Shown here: positions 12,774 to 24,584 of the stretch, piece after piece
Position numbering within the stretch: position 1 is the first letter of the stretch
How the letters are laid out: every line of letters begins with the position of its first letter
NCBI RefSeq assembly: GCF_022045235.1
Contig: NW_027266297.1
Location: 72,044,001-72,108,000, forward strand
Source of the DNA: Haliotis cracherodii
Taxonomy: Eukaryota
Direction: 5' to 3'
DNA length: 64,000 bases
Position numbers and translations under genes: made by a program
The notes under the pieces: generated by a model
The model's database searches: none
What the model saw: the letters and a program-made list of their open reading frames with translations, nothing else
What the model was told of the DNA's origin: nothing

Positions 12774-13015
12774 GTTTGTTTGTTTGTTGTTTAACGCCGC
12801 ACTCAGCAATATTCCGGCGGTATGACGACGGTCTGTAAATAATCGAGTCTGGACTAGACAATCACGTGATTAATATTATTAGCATCGGATCTATGCAAAT
12901 GGGATGCGATGACATGCAAAAACCAAATCAGCGAGCCTGACCATCCGATTCCCATAGTCGCCTCTTACGACATTGGTTGCTGAAGACCAGTTCTAACCCG
13001 GAATCTTCACGGGAC
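12774..13015 (-). mobile_element. SINE-like family A copy with perfect TSD
   Basis: 11-bp TSD atgcctgttgt at 12763-12773 and 13016-13026. Confidence 0.9.
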
Positions 13016-13767
13016 ATGCCTGTTGTAAGGCTGATTGTAGTTGTTTAAAATGTTTGCGGCAAAGGCTGACGTTACCCAACACGTCTGTCAACATGGTTCT
13101 CCCCTTGCTCTATACGGTTGGGACAGTGTGATGGTCAAGGAAGCACACCGTTATCCTGGTTCTTTCAAATCCCCATGGTAACCGGTGAAGTGTGTGGTCA
13201 ACGTTGTCCACCTGGACATGTCTGTCTGAATGTTGAAACCTGGGGAAGTGTGAGGGCGCAGACGCTCTTAGTGATAGAAGAGTAATTTACCTATTTCTGT
13301 GGTGAAAATATTGATTTGTTGTGGATTAGTTGAGTACGTTTGTATAATGCCGTTACTAAAATGGGTTATAGTAGATGATGCAGGCATTTATGTCTCTTTG
13401 GTTGATCCTGAAGATGTTTGGTAGATTATTCGCAAAGTATTCACATTAAGGATCAAATAGCTAGTGTACCAAATGTATCTGTGATGATACAAACACCAGG
13501 ACGTCGGGTTTTCGCTGTTAAAGTCGTATGTATTCAGTTGTTAGTCAAACACGACACGATATGTTTGATTCTATAGATTAGCATAAGAAAATGTTCATAT
13601 TGGGTAAGTCTGACAACATATCTGTATGTTTAGGCTAACCAAATAAGAGCTATGGCGCAATGAGTTAACGTTACATATCATCGGCTAGTATGTGACGTTA
13701 CTATCCTGACAAGACATGTGTGACGGTGAGTTAGCCAAGCGTGACACGATCATAGCCTAACAATATA

Positions 13768-14010
13768 GTAAAGCGACAAAACCCTCTCGATCAGAAATCT
13801 TTCCTAAAAGCAGAGTCGATTTACGATTCCGACTGTATCATGAGCATGTTTATGAAGCACTATCAAACAGTGATGATACCATGTGTTCGCTAAAGGGTCA
13901 GCGCATCCTGCCCATCGAAGGCACCCGTCACAAACACATGCAAAGGCAAGTCAAATGTTCCCCTAAAAAATACGGAAACATGGCGCGAGTCAAAATATTG
14001 ACTTGCATCA
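13768..14010 (+). repeat. Family E copy
   Basis: Same core. Confidence 0.8.
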
Positions 14011-15489
14011 GTTGTATAAGATGTTAAGTTAGCCTAACAAGGTCACGCCATTGATCAGATTCAAACAGATTCTGATTACATCCGGTGATCACTACGGTGT
14101 TGTACGGCTTCTCAAGTAACGCCATGGAGTGTAGGCAAACACAGGGAGGTCAATGACGAGGACTCACCAGCGACGAATACCGGCGTCGCCCTTAATACAA
14201 CCACTCCAACAACTCCAACGTGCTTCCTCAAACGTGTTGCGTGATTGGATGTCTTTCTGCTGAAATGTCATATTAGTGTTCTATAAGGCTGGGATGGCAT
14301 CAGGAAAATAGGTTAGCATTTGCCAAGAGAGAGATGATGACATGTTCAGTTTCTTGCAACATGTCGATACACTGCTAATGCAGGAAGTGTTTTGTTCTAA
14401 AAGAACAACACTATGTCATCATCTTTCAATCAGCCTCTACACCGTCTCTATATTCTGCCTATGGGGTTTCTTCAATGGTGGATCTGTTTAAACATTCGCT
14501 TGTAATTTCCACCTAGATTATATTCATTTGTTCAATGATATATTACCGACACTTTTGAATCAGTGAAGAATCAAGAATCTCGGAACGTTTATTTCCATTC
14601 GTCACTTACGTGTTTACGTATCGAACTTACAATGTACACCCTGTTATCAGAAAGAGAAAATAGGGATTTTCCTGTTGATTTATAACTCTTTGTACATTCT
14701 TTTACAGCGTTGATATGTTTCGCGGGTTGATTAGTTTGTCAATCTGTCCTATTTATCAGATGGTAGTCAATCGATATGACGTGCCGATGAATGTCCGGCT
14801 TGCTCTAACCGTCTCAATATTGCCGGGCACTTTATACTGCATCGCCGCCAAATATCCCATTTGTGTATTTCTGGAGAAACATTTGTTGTAGCTCCACTGT
14901 TAATTTCGTACATCTGAAATTAATGGATAGCAAATAAAGTTGGCTTCGTCTAACTTGTCAACATTTGTTAAGACAAAGAGAGTGAACCTGAAAAAACGAG
15001 ACTTTTTTTTAGAGCCGCGTCTCAGTGATAACAGCAAACACGGCTCTCTACAACTTCTGCGTAGGCTGAACATTTTTCTGTGTGTAAAAAGCTCCCATGA
15101 GATTTACATCCGTCATCGTAAAAGCGAAGCATGTTTGAGCTGCGTTGCAGTGGGTCTTCGCCACTGTGAGTCAACGACTGGAACTTGAAATGTTCGACAC
15201 ATTCGCGACTGTTGACGGCTTTGCATTGATTGTAAATTGTCGGGCTTTTAAGCCATGTTCGTCATTGAAATGTGTGGTGAAAGTCTGACACGTGATTGAT
15301 ACATCGGGTAGATAATTATTACACCCGCAATGCTCTTCCCAGACATGTTTTTATATATAATAGGTAAAACACGGGTTAATAACAATTTGTTTCGGCGGAT
15401 AATCGCGACTGGTTATTCTCTGGCATTAATGTTTCATATTGACAGTTAGAGACCAGTGTTTACGTCGAACGCCTTCGCATAACACGTGT

Positions 15490-15723
15490 TTTGTTAGTTT
15501 GTTTGTTGTTTAACTCCGCACTCAGCAATATCCCAGCTATATGATAGCGGTCTATAAAACATCGAGTCTGGACCAGGCAAACCAGTGCTTGACATCATGA
15601 GCATCGATCTACGCAATTGGGATACGATGACATGCATCCTACCAATCAGCGAGCGTGACAATCTGTTCCGTCAGTCGCCTCTTACAACAAACATGGGTTG
15701 CTGAAAATGAATCTTCACGGGTA
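15490..15723 (-). mobile_element. SINE-like family A copy
   Basis: Degenerate TSD cat(a/t)acacg(t/a)gt. Confidence 0.88.
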
Positions 15724-16114
15724 CATTACACGAGTAAAAAGTATGAAAATTCGGATTCATTTATCAAATGTTTCAAAAAGTAGATATTTTCACTTGAGCG
15801 TAAATAGCTTTATTCAGCGCTTATATTAAGATTAGCCAACGAAGAATTCCAGTCATGTGTATATTTGATGTATGAATGTTTTAAACACAGATATTCGAAA
15901 AGGCAGGATCAGGTTTATTGAAGACCAAAGTCTCGCTTACATCGCCAAGGCCAAGATAGCCACGTTTCATTCCTAAGTCAGGAAAATCAAATGGCTAGTG
16001 TTGCATTGATTTTGTTAGGAGAGCCACTACTAGCGTTGACAGTATTGTCCTGCTGTCACCGAGTCGAGCTCTCGCAGAACCTAGTGGGACGGACCTTAGC
16101 TATAATACTGAAGG

Positions 16115-16576
16115 AGCTGGACCAATAGTGATTGAGATAGCGTGGGAACACGTGTGAATCAGTGTGTGTTGCTGGCATCACAGCTTGTCAGACTACTGGA
16201 ATGCGATATTGACCGAATACCAACCAGTCATAATGCTTTGCCGGGGCGGGCGGGTGACACTGTAGAACTAGCGCGCGTTTCCGGAAGTGTAGTGTTTAAC
16301 GCGCGCGACAGATACTCTCTGTCACTGCGTATACGGGGACGAGCGAGACACCACGCTAAAGCCGGGAGTAAAAGTTGGACTAGGGCTGTTAACGACACGG
16401 AATTATTAAGGATAATTTCTTTCTGTTTGGACTTTAGTAGATTCTCTTATATAGCGGAGTGTATAAAGTTTTACCGACTCCTACCATTTGGGATTGAGTT
16501 TGAAATTAACAACTTTCTTAACAAGGAGTGACTTACCGGAACACTTTACAGGACCCACAAGAAACAAAAGGTAAAC
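16115..16576 (+). promoter_or_regulatory. Candidate Pol II promoter plus non-coding first exon ending at a splice donor
   Basis: CpG-rich island in AT-rich DNA; CCAAT at 16122, GC box GGGGCGGGC at 16243, ETS site CCGGAAGTG at 16281, AAG|GTAAAC donor at 16571. Confidence 0.5.
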
Positions 16577-16875
16577 TGTTTGATTTTGTTTTAAGCAATG
16601 AATAAGATGAATAAAAAATGTTAAGCCCCAAAACTCATTAAACAGACAGAACATTTGAAACATTAAATCGAAATTATAACAAAAGGTAATATTAATTATA
16701 TTTCTTTATGGGCTACTTCCCAATGTCATTTGATAAAATATCGTATTTGAATTTGTCATATGTAATATGTTTATTTGAACATAATGTATACATGGAGAAG
16801 AATGAAATCAGCCTATTGGCAGGAAATATTATAATACATCACGAATAATTTATGCGCATTCGTACTGTAAGATAA

Positions 16876-17139
16876 GGCGGCACGTCTAAGGCGCCGCGAT
16901 TCGCTGTGCAGAGTTGCGTCCCTTGGGCACGCCAGAAACCTATGATTGTGGGTTCGAATCCCCGTTCGCCCAAATTATGTTTCTAGGTTTGTCAGCACCA
17001 TACCCGTGCTCGTGGGTTTCACCGAAGTGGTAAACGTCTGAGACCTGCATCACTTGAGGCTTTCCTCCCACATTAAGCTGACCCGCCGTGATATAACTGG
17101 AATAATGTTAAAAGACGGCGTTAAACCCAACTCACTCAC
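16876..17139 (+). mobile_element. SINE family C copy, slightly 5'-truncated
   Basis: 13-bp TSD tactgtaagataa. Confidence 0.92.
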
Positions 17140-18159
17140 TACTGTAAGATAAACTTGGAAACTAAATCTGAATTTACGAACCCTGTGGACCTTCTTCCCT
17201 CTTTTCATTTTGAGTTATGATCAATAAAATGTTTTAAACTATTTGTTTCGCTCATACATTGTTCTTGAACGTATTTGTAACGGCAAATGTCTTCTCTTAA
17301 TGATGCACAAAGCTATCCGATGTTATTGGGTGTCGCTGCATCACATCCGGGTATTCATACAATCCTGCCATACGTACAGGTACAACTATATCTATTCAAG
17401 TTTGTTTTCTTTATGATAAAGTTATGAAGCAAAACCAGACGCCTTTTCTGTTAATACATATCTGTAATGGGGAGCCCCGTCATACGTAGGTTCAAACTGG
17501 GACTGGCTGGTAGCGATAGTTTCGTGGTTATTTCGCGCAAGGTTTCGATGCAAAAGCTGTGTATCAGTGGTTGACGGAAATAGTATATATCATATTTTCC
17601 TGCCGGGTAAAGTTTAGAAAGAAGCTGTCTCTCAGTTGGAATGCCGTGTGAAGAATATGTTAATAAGACAATACAGAATTACTGTCTCTATATCTACATT
17701 AGTATCACGGATACCTATTCTATTCAGTATTTGAATAGGTGAGCATAGATCTGATATTGCTGAATGATATATTTGGTAAGGTCTTCAATGCCTTGTATTA
17801 AGCTGGGGATGAGGTATTGTGACATGTATTAATTGCACATTCTCAGACGAGTCTGATTTGATTCTTCGGTAGGGATCCTGTGCCCTTATGCCCACTTTGA
17901 GATGAGCTTGTATGAACCGCCTTCATCTATGTTCACTATTAAGTTCTTCTCCGACTATTCAATGTGGCAATATGTATTAAATAGGTCCAGAGGGTCCACT
18001 AGGAGATGCACATACAATACTTGAAGCCGGTTGTGCCAGAGCTTTAACTTGTCAACACATGAAACTGAATGTGCCATGTTGATAAATGTCGAATTAATTC
18101 TGACCTCTGGTTATCCCCTTCGTGTATACGGTGCTTACATATGGCTAATCCGTACCTTT

Positions 18160-19052
18160 CGGCATATCGATAAACATGTATGGCTGGATGGTAAGTGGCA
18201 TATCGATAAACATGTATGTTTGGTTAGTAAGTGGCATATCGATAAACATGTTTGGTTGGTTAGTTAGTGGCATATCGATAAACATGTATGTTTGGTTAGT
18301 AAGTGGATAATCGATAAACATGTCTGTCTGGTTAGTAAGTGGCATATCGATAAACATGTTTGGTTGGTTAGTTAGTGGCATATCGATAAACATGTATGTT
18401 TGGTTAGTAAGTGGATAATCGATAAACATGTCTGTCTGGTTAGTAAGTGACATATCGATAAACATGTATGGCTGGTTAGTTAGTGGCACATCAATTAACA
18501 TTCACTATTGGTTAGTAAGTGGCATATCGATAAACATGTCTGTCTGGTTAGTAAATGGCAAATCGATAAACATGTTTGGTTGTTTAGAAAGTGGCATATC
18601 GATAAACATTCACTGTCAGTTAGTAAGTGGCATATCGATAAACATGTCTGGCTGGTTAGTTAGTGGCACATCAATTAACATTCACTATTGGTTAGTAAGT
18701 GGCATATCGATAAACATTCACTGTCAGTTAGTAAGTGGCATATCGATAAACATGTCTGGCTGGTTAGTTAGTGGCACATCAATTAACATTCACTATTGGT
18801 TAGTAAGTGGCATATCGATAAACATGTCTGGCTGGTTAGTAAACGGCATATTGATAAACATGTATGGTTGGTTAGGAAGTGGTATATCGATAAACATTCA
18901 CTGTTGGTTAGTAAGTGGCATATCGATAAACATTCACTATTGGTTAGTAAGTGGCATATCGATAAACATGTCTGGTTAGTTAAAATGTGGCACATCGATA
19001 ATCATGTCTGGCTGGTTAAAATGTGGCATATCGATGTATATGCATGGTTGGT
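18160..19052. repeat. 36-bp minisatellite (gtggcatatcgataaacatgtatgtttggttagtaa), about 25 copies
   Basis: Direct tandem units; explains the repetitive ORFs at 18031-19056. Confidence 0.95.
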
Positions 19053-19222
19053 GTGAGTGAGTGAGTGAGTATGGTTTTACGCCGCTTTTAGCAATATTCC
19101 AGCAATATCACTGCGGGGGACACCAGAAATGGGCTTCACGCATTGTACCCATGTCGGGATTCGAACCCGGGTCTTCGGCGTGATGAGCAAACGCTTTAAC
19201 CACTAGGCTACCCGACCGCCCC
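19053..19222 (-). mobile_element. tRNA-derived SINE family B copy
   Basis: A box TAGCCTAGTGG, B box GGTTCGAATCC, (CTCA)n tail, 11-bp TSD gcatggttggt. Confidence 0.93.
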
Positions 19223-20092
19223 GCATGGTTGGTTATCAAGTGTTATATCGATGCATATATGCGGTTGTTACGAACATCTCTGCATATCGCAGTATATTTC
19301 TAACAAGTCCACAATATGGCTGAAATATTGCCGATGTGACTATAAATCCTAACTCACTCACTCAATCTAACAAGTCATTACTCATTTGAATCCCGAAACT
19401 CTGCCAGGAATGCATCGATTGCTCGCACTCCCATGTTTTCGAAATTCCCCAGTTAAAACAGCATGCTAAAATACGCATAAACAATTTATTGAAAGAAAAA
19501 TAATCTTAATGAGTTAACGTTTAGTGGCGTTTTATGGCGAAGCCAATGTGCATAAGAACTAATTCTTGGCCGAGGAAGTGCTAAGTGATCTGTGTAGGAA
19601 TAATTCATTGTACGCCAACACTAATATGTTGCCTATTGTGTTTTGCCATAGTGGTCAATATTCACATAATGAGTCCATCAAACAAATCGTGGCCTTCTTA
19701 TCTAAAACGAACGTATGAATGGTTTCAGGGCAAAAACTTTTGTCTGTTGCTGTTAGAGCTCCCGCGAGGTGTTTTTCTTATTTTGAAAGATAATATGGCG
19801 TTGAATAGGTAATACGGTGGTGCTAGTGAACCGCGTTGTCGTCCTTCATAATATTATTGTGAACATATATGATCTAGATCCTAAGGCTATAAGGTAAACC
19901 ACAAACACATTCGAAGGTCATTCAACACTTTTCGGGATGAGTCACATAAATTTGGTAAGGATTGTTGCTGATGGATTGTTTGTACCCAGGCAGAGGGTTC
20001 AAGAGGACCTGGCAAGGAAACCACATATTGAACATTTGCCATGAGCATGTTACCTCGAGACATGACCTTCATCTTTCCAAGGACTATAGTCA

Positions 20093-20433
20093 TGAATACC
20101 ACAATGCCATTTAGACAATGTTGTATTTGTTACATTTGACCACTTTCTAAATGGCATTATGTATTCATAGCTTTCGGCCATGGGAGCAGTACCAATTTAC
20201 ACTTGTCAGAGGGGTACTCAAAGTACGTGATCTAGACTACCAGTTGTCGGACTTTCATTATTTGTGGAAGCCTCGGTGGCTGAGTGGGTTAGATCGCTGA
20301 CTTTGTGTGCTGGCGATTAGGTGCCTCACTCTGGCAAGTGTGTGTTCGAATCCCGGACGAGACTCAACCCCCAAAAAGTACGAGAATCTGTACTTCACTA
20401 AGAAAGTGTTATCCCAAGTATAACATTTGTTAA
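20093..20433 (+). mobile_element. Family D: tRNA-like, circularly permuted element with inverted 5' arm
   Basis: 10-bp TSD actatagtca; tRNA-like module 20270-20364 (A box TGGCTGAGTGG, B box GTTCGAATCC); inverted repeat 20092-20115 / 20146-20169. Confidence 0.75.
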
Positions 20434-21069
20434 ACTATAGTCACGACGTCATTGCCGGACATTCTGGAAAATAGATTGACCGAACAATATGTGATAAGTT
20501 TCATTTGAAGCTTTAGCGAACCAATCACAACGTAACGCAAGTCGTATATGGAAATAATGAGTACTGCATTAGTTAAATACACCCGCTAGTCTGTCTTAAA
20601 AGTATTTGACCGTTTTCTTGGGTAATCTGTGTTATTTCATCCAACTTCTCAATGGAAACACATAAATAAACCGCGCGATATTCACACTTTACTACAGAGG
20701 CATATAGAGAAACCATTCACAGATTACAGTTTCTGTATTATTTAAAAGTAATTACCTTGTAAAATTAGAGTGTATTTTTTTCGCAAAACGATAAAAAACG
20801 TGCACATTCCGTATTTCACTCAACGTGTAGAGACATGCCATTGATGACGTCATGCATTGCAATGACGTCCCGCAACGAGGTTACAATTCAAAGCCATCAT
20901 AGGATAAAGCGACATGTCGTAACACGGAATTAATTTCCTTTTTCTTCATCAATAACGGCATATCTTGACACTCGGTTTCACAGCTTCAGAAGTGCAAAAT
21001 ATGCACTTCCATTATGTCATTAGGACACCACACATACACGACAGATATAGGTGCACAGTGAGTGTTAAA

Positions 21070-21540
21070 ACATATCAGCATATTTCAATATGTTCAAGTC
21101 CACAGGTCTTCGCGGTGTGAATGGAAGGTGTAAATGATACTGCAGAGATAGGCGAATATACTTGTCACCAAAAGTTGGGATCCAGTCTGCTTGATGGTTT
21201 ATCAAAGCAAGAACATTTTAATACATTGAAACAGCTGACAATTGGCGATGTTAATGGATTTTCAGACCACTGTACTGTATACGTAGGATTTAAAACAAAT
21301 GGACTTCAACATGTAATGAGTTATGAAACCATAAAACGTTGACATGTATTAGATCGGATTCGGAGAAGAGAATGCAGTTAGAAAAAGATGTGATACAAGA
21401 AGAAAAAACTTGAATAAAAGTTGGTCTAATTTGAACAACGTGACCAAGACATTATTGACCACACGCTGACACTATTTACTAATCATATTACTGATATCGG
21501 TGCTACAGTGCAAGAGACTTTACCAGGGGAAAAAGTAACT
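21070..21540 (+). mobile_element. CR1/L2-like LINE remnant, APE endonuclease end
   Basis: GEYTCHQKLGSSLLD...FSDHCTV matches the C-terminal motifs of the LINE APE endonuclease. Confidence 0.6.
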
Positions 21541-21557
21541 CTGATTCATATAAAGTG

Positions 21558-21759
21558 TGTGTGTGTGTGTGGGGGGGGGGGGGAGGGGGGGGGTCGGAAG
21601 CCTAGTGGTTAAAGCGTTTGCTCGTCACGCCGAAGACCCGGGTTCGATTCTCGACATGGGTACAATGTGTGAAGCCCATTTCTGGTGTCCCCCGCCGTGA
21701 TATTGCTGGAATATTGCTAAAAGCGGCGTAAAACTATACTCACTCACACACTCAATCAC
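21558..21759 (+). mobile_element. SINE family B copy with 5' (TG)n/poly-G expansion
   Basis: TSD tcatataaagtg. Confidence 0.9.
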
Positions 21760-21879
21760 TCATATAAAGTGGTGTAAATGTAATGTCATTGAACATCATA
21801 ATAATTGGTCATTCTTCTGATCAATGTTTTTTATAACAATTGCATTGGCAAAGACTATACCTAGTAACAGGAGACAGAG

Positions 21880-22135
21880 CGAGACGTTCTAACAGAGGCG
21901 TGGTGTAACAACTCCATTAACAATGTCAAGTTCGTGTGTAACAGGCATTTGTGTTGACACGGGCGAGGCAACGACGGCGCATTGGAGTCAGAAATGATTG
22001 AAAACAGCCTTGGGAGTGTTGTTCCAAATGTTGTACAAAAATCGTCAACCAACTGAACTAGCGTTAGCGGGTGGTTCTAGTCCTGTCGTAGGTGTCTACC
22101 CCTCTCATCCCAGACATGTCCTATGGGGCAATGTT
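21880..22135 (-). pseudogene. Second Tc1 transposase remnant, C-terminal part
   Basis: Minus strand gives PIGHVWDERG, IWNNTPKAVFN and MRRRCLA. Confidence 0.7.
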
Positions 22136-22153
22136 ACATTGCTTCCAAAAATA

Positions 22154-22294
22154 NNNNNNNNNNNNNNNNNNNNNNNNNNNNNNNNNNNNNNNNNNNNNNN
22201 NNNNNNNNNNNNNNNNNNNNNNNNNNNNNNNNNNNNNNNNNNNNNNNNNNNNNNNNNNNNNNNNNNNNNNNNNNNNNNNNNNNNNNNNNNNNNN
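22154..22294. other. Assembly gap
   Basis: Run of N. Confidence 1.
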
Positions 22295-23529
22295 ATGTCG
22301 AACGATGTCGTCTCAACTCAACTTATTTTTTCTCGAAAAAACACACACGATAGAATACAATTATATACAAGTTTCAATATGTCAAAGACGACGGCATTTA
22401 ACAAGAGTAATTGAAATAGGACATATATTATACTAATAAATTTTACTAATTTGATTATACACATGATGAAGGAAGTTAGAGAGACCTTACACTATCAGTT
22501 GTCATTAGTTTCTTAAATTGGAATAGATTTTGAAACTATTTGATATTATTTCTTCAAGCGTTCATATGACTGCAGGAGAAAAGCCTCACATCTAAATAAA
22601 TAATGAAACTCATCTCCCACAGCAATTAAGTGGACACTGGTGGTCCTCCCTGGGCATGTTTAGCCATCGACCAGTTTTACCGGGTAATCCATGATTAGCA
22701 GCTCTAAATGTTAATACAGAAACAAATATTGATTTTGAGAGTAATAGCTTTTTCTCAAATGAAGGTTGATTCTTTAGATATTTGTACTTCGACCCTTTGG
22801 ATCTTGATTCAGCAGAGGATTTCCAGGAATTGAAATCTCTCTATATGTTAAACCATTGAGGCGTGAAGCATACTGATGGGTTTGGAAATACTTATAATAA
22901 ACCACAGTCATCTCATTCTTGACACATTGTAACCATGGCGTATTGTCAATTCCTTAATGGGTAGTATACGTGTATTTGTAAAGTATTTGTAAAGTATTCT
23001 GTAAATCCAAGCTCTCGCCAAAGGGAAATAACACGTTTATAAACTATAATACTTGGGGTTCCCTACCCAATTCACCATACATAAAGTTTGGTGTGTGTTG
23101 TTTCCGTCCAGTAGCTAATTTAAGACATTTAAGATTCTCATGTGCTCCCATCTCGACACCATGTGATAGTATAGGGTCGGCAGTTTCATCAAATACAGAT
23201 AAGAGGCAACCTTATGGTAAAGTCACATTACAGGACTTCATGAATACTGAACTCTTTAGCTACATTTTCAGACGGAGCTTTTCATAAATCGACTATTCCT
23301 GTATAGTTTTCTGCCAAACTAGTCTAAAAGAATATATATAAAAATGCAGTTCAGTTAGTATCAGTTTAAGGATGCGTTGTTCAAGGTACACAGCTTTACA
23401 TTCATTGTTCAGCATTTTGTCCAAGATCATTTAAGAATAAAGAACATAGCTGAGGGATGCCGTTCGCCATTCAATTAATCATACATCACACTTCCACCCC
23501 CAAGCTAACGGTGTTGAGTAAAGCAAGCG

Positions 23530-23745
23530 CCGCTAATCGAGTTCCTGGATGGTTGTAGACCCTTGCAAGACCACTAGAGCTGTCTGGGGGAACCTGGACT
23601 CATCTGTGAACAGTACACTGTCCCAGTCTTGTGTTCTGAACCTTGGCGGTATCGTATCGCCAGGCGTCGGAGCCTGATGGTGTGATAGTGATTTAGACAT
23701 GAATGAATATGAGATGATTGTGATCTCAGATTGTTTTATGAACAT
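23530..23745 (-). pseudogene. Second Tc1 transposase remnant, first catalytic Asp region
   Basis: QDWDSVLFTDESRF in ORF 23533..23745(-). Confidence 0.75.
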
Positions 23746-23779
23746 ATCAAGGCTATCTTATCAGATATGAACTTTATCG

Positions 23780-24560
23780 TGAGACTCTAGAGGAAGAATT
23801 ATTTTTTAAAAAATGTTGTTTTTACATTTTCCAATAACATTAGAGGAAATACATGTAACTACGGCTACGGGGAATGATATTGTCACATTATTTAATTATT
23901 TATTTGATATGGGGCGTTTTCCATCCATATGGTCAGTTGGTGCTATTGTACCTATACATAAGAAGAATTCCCAAGAAGACCCCATCAACTATAGGTGGAT
24001 TACTCGTCTGAGCAATATAAGAAAAATTGTAAATTGCAGATTATAATATATTTAAAAATTGTTTCATTGAATATCTGATCCCCGGTATGTTTTTAAAAAG
24101 GGATGTGGTAAATTTAAAAACATCTTTCAATCAATGTATAATGATGTTAAGTGATGTATTAAATATCAAAATATGTCTAGCGAAATATTTAGTTACAGTA
24201 CAGGGAGAAAGCATGCCGCAACTTTTATTTTCCTTCGTTATCGAATCTTTAGAGTTAGGTTTGTAAGAAACTGTACAATCTGGAATAGACATAAGTGATC
24301 GTGTGTTATTTGTATTACTCTTTGCTGATGGCATGGTCCTACTGGGTAAAACTGTTGTTGGTTTGCAGTCACAACTTGACAATCGTGCTCATAACCAATT
24401 GACGCTTACTGTCAATACTGACAAACCACATTGGAATTTTCAGAAAATTATATCAACCATTAAACATACAGATTTATATCAATTATTTTCACTAGAAATA
24501 GTACAACAGCTTAATCAAATTTATTTTGGATTGTTATTAGTGTCAAGTATCCAACGTTTT
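23780..24560 (+). mobile_element. CR1/L2-like LINE reverse transcriptase remnant
   Basis: LFNYLFDMGRFPSIWSVGAIVPIHKKNSQEDPINYRWITRLS and LFVLLFADGMVLL (degenerate YADD). Confidence 0.8.
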
Positions 24561-24584
24561 TGGTGGATTGCTGTAGAGCGTGAC

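Noticed and set aside
13870-13965. Box C/D snoRNA reading of family E (GTGATGA ... CTGA)
   Set aside because: There is no terminal stem, the boxes are mutated in several copies, and copies occur in both orientations with long shared flanks.
18160-19052. CRISPR-like array (36-bp period); the 37- and 40-bp arrays were also considered
   Set aside because: Units are contiguous with no unique spacers, there are no cas genes, and the context is eukaryotic.
21590-21660. tRNA-Asp gene, and other tRNA-like heads at 20270 and 63905
   Set aside because: They are heads or modules of multi-copy elements with imperfect cloverleaves. The B and D copies are TSD-flanked, and 63905 runs into a SINE-like body.
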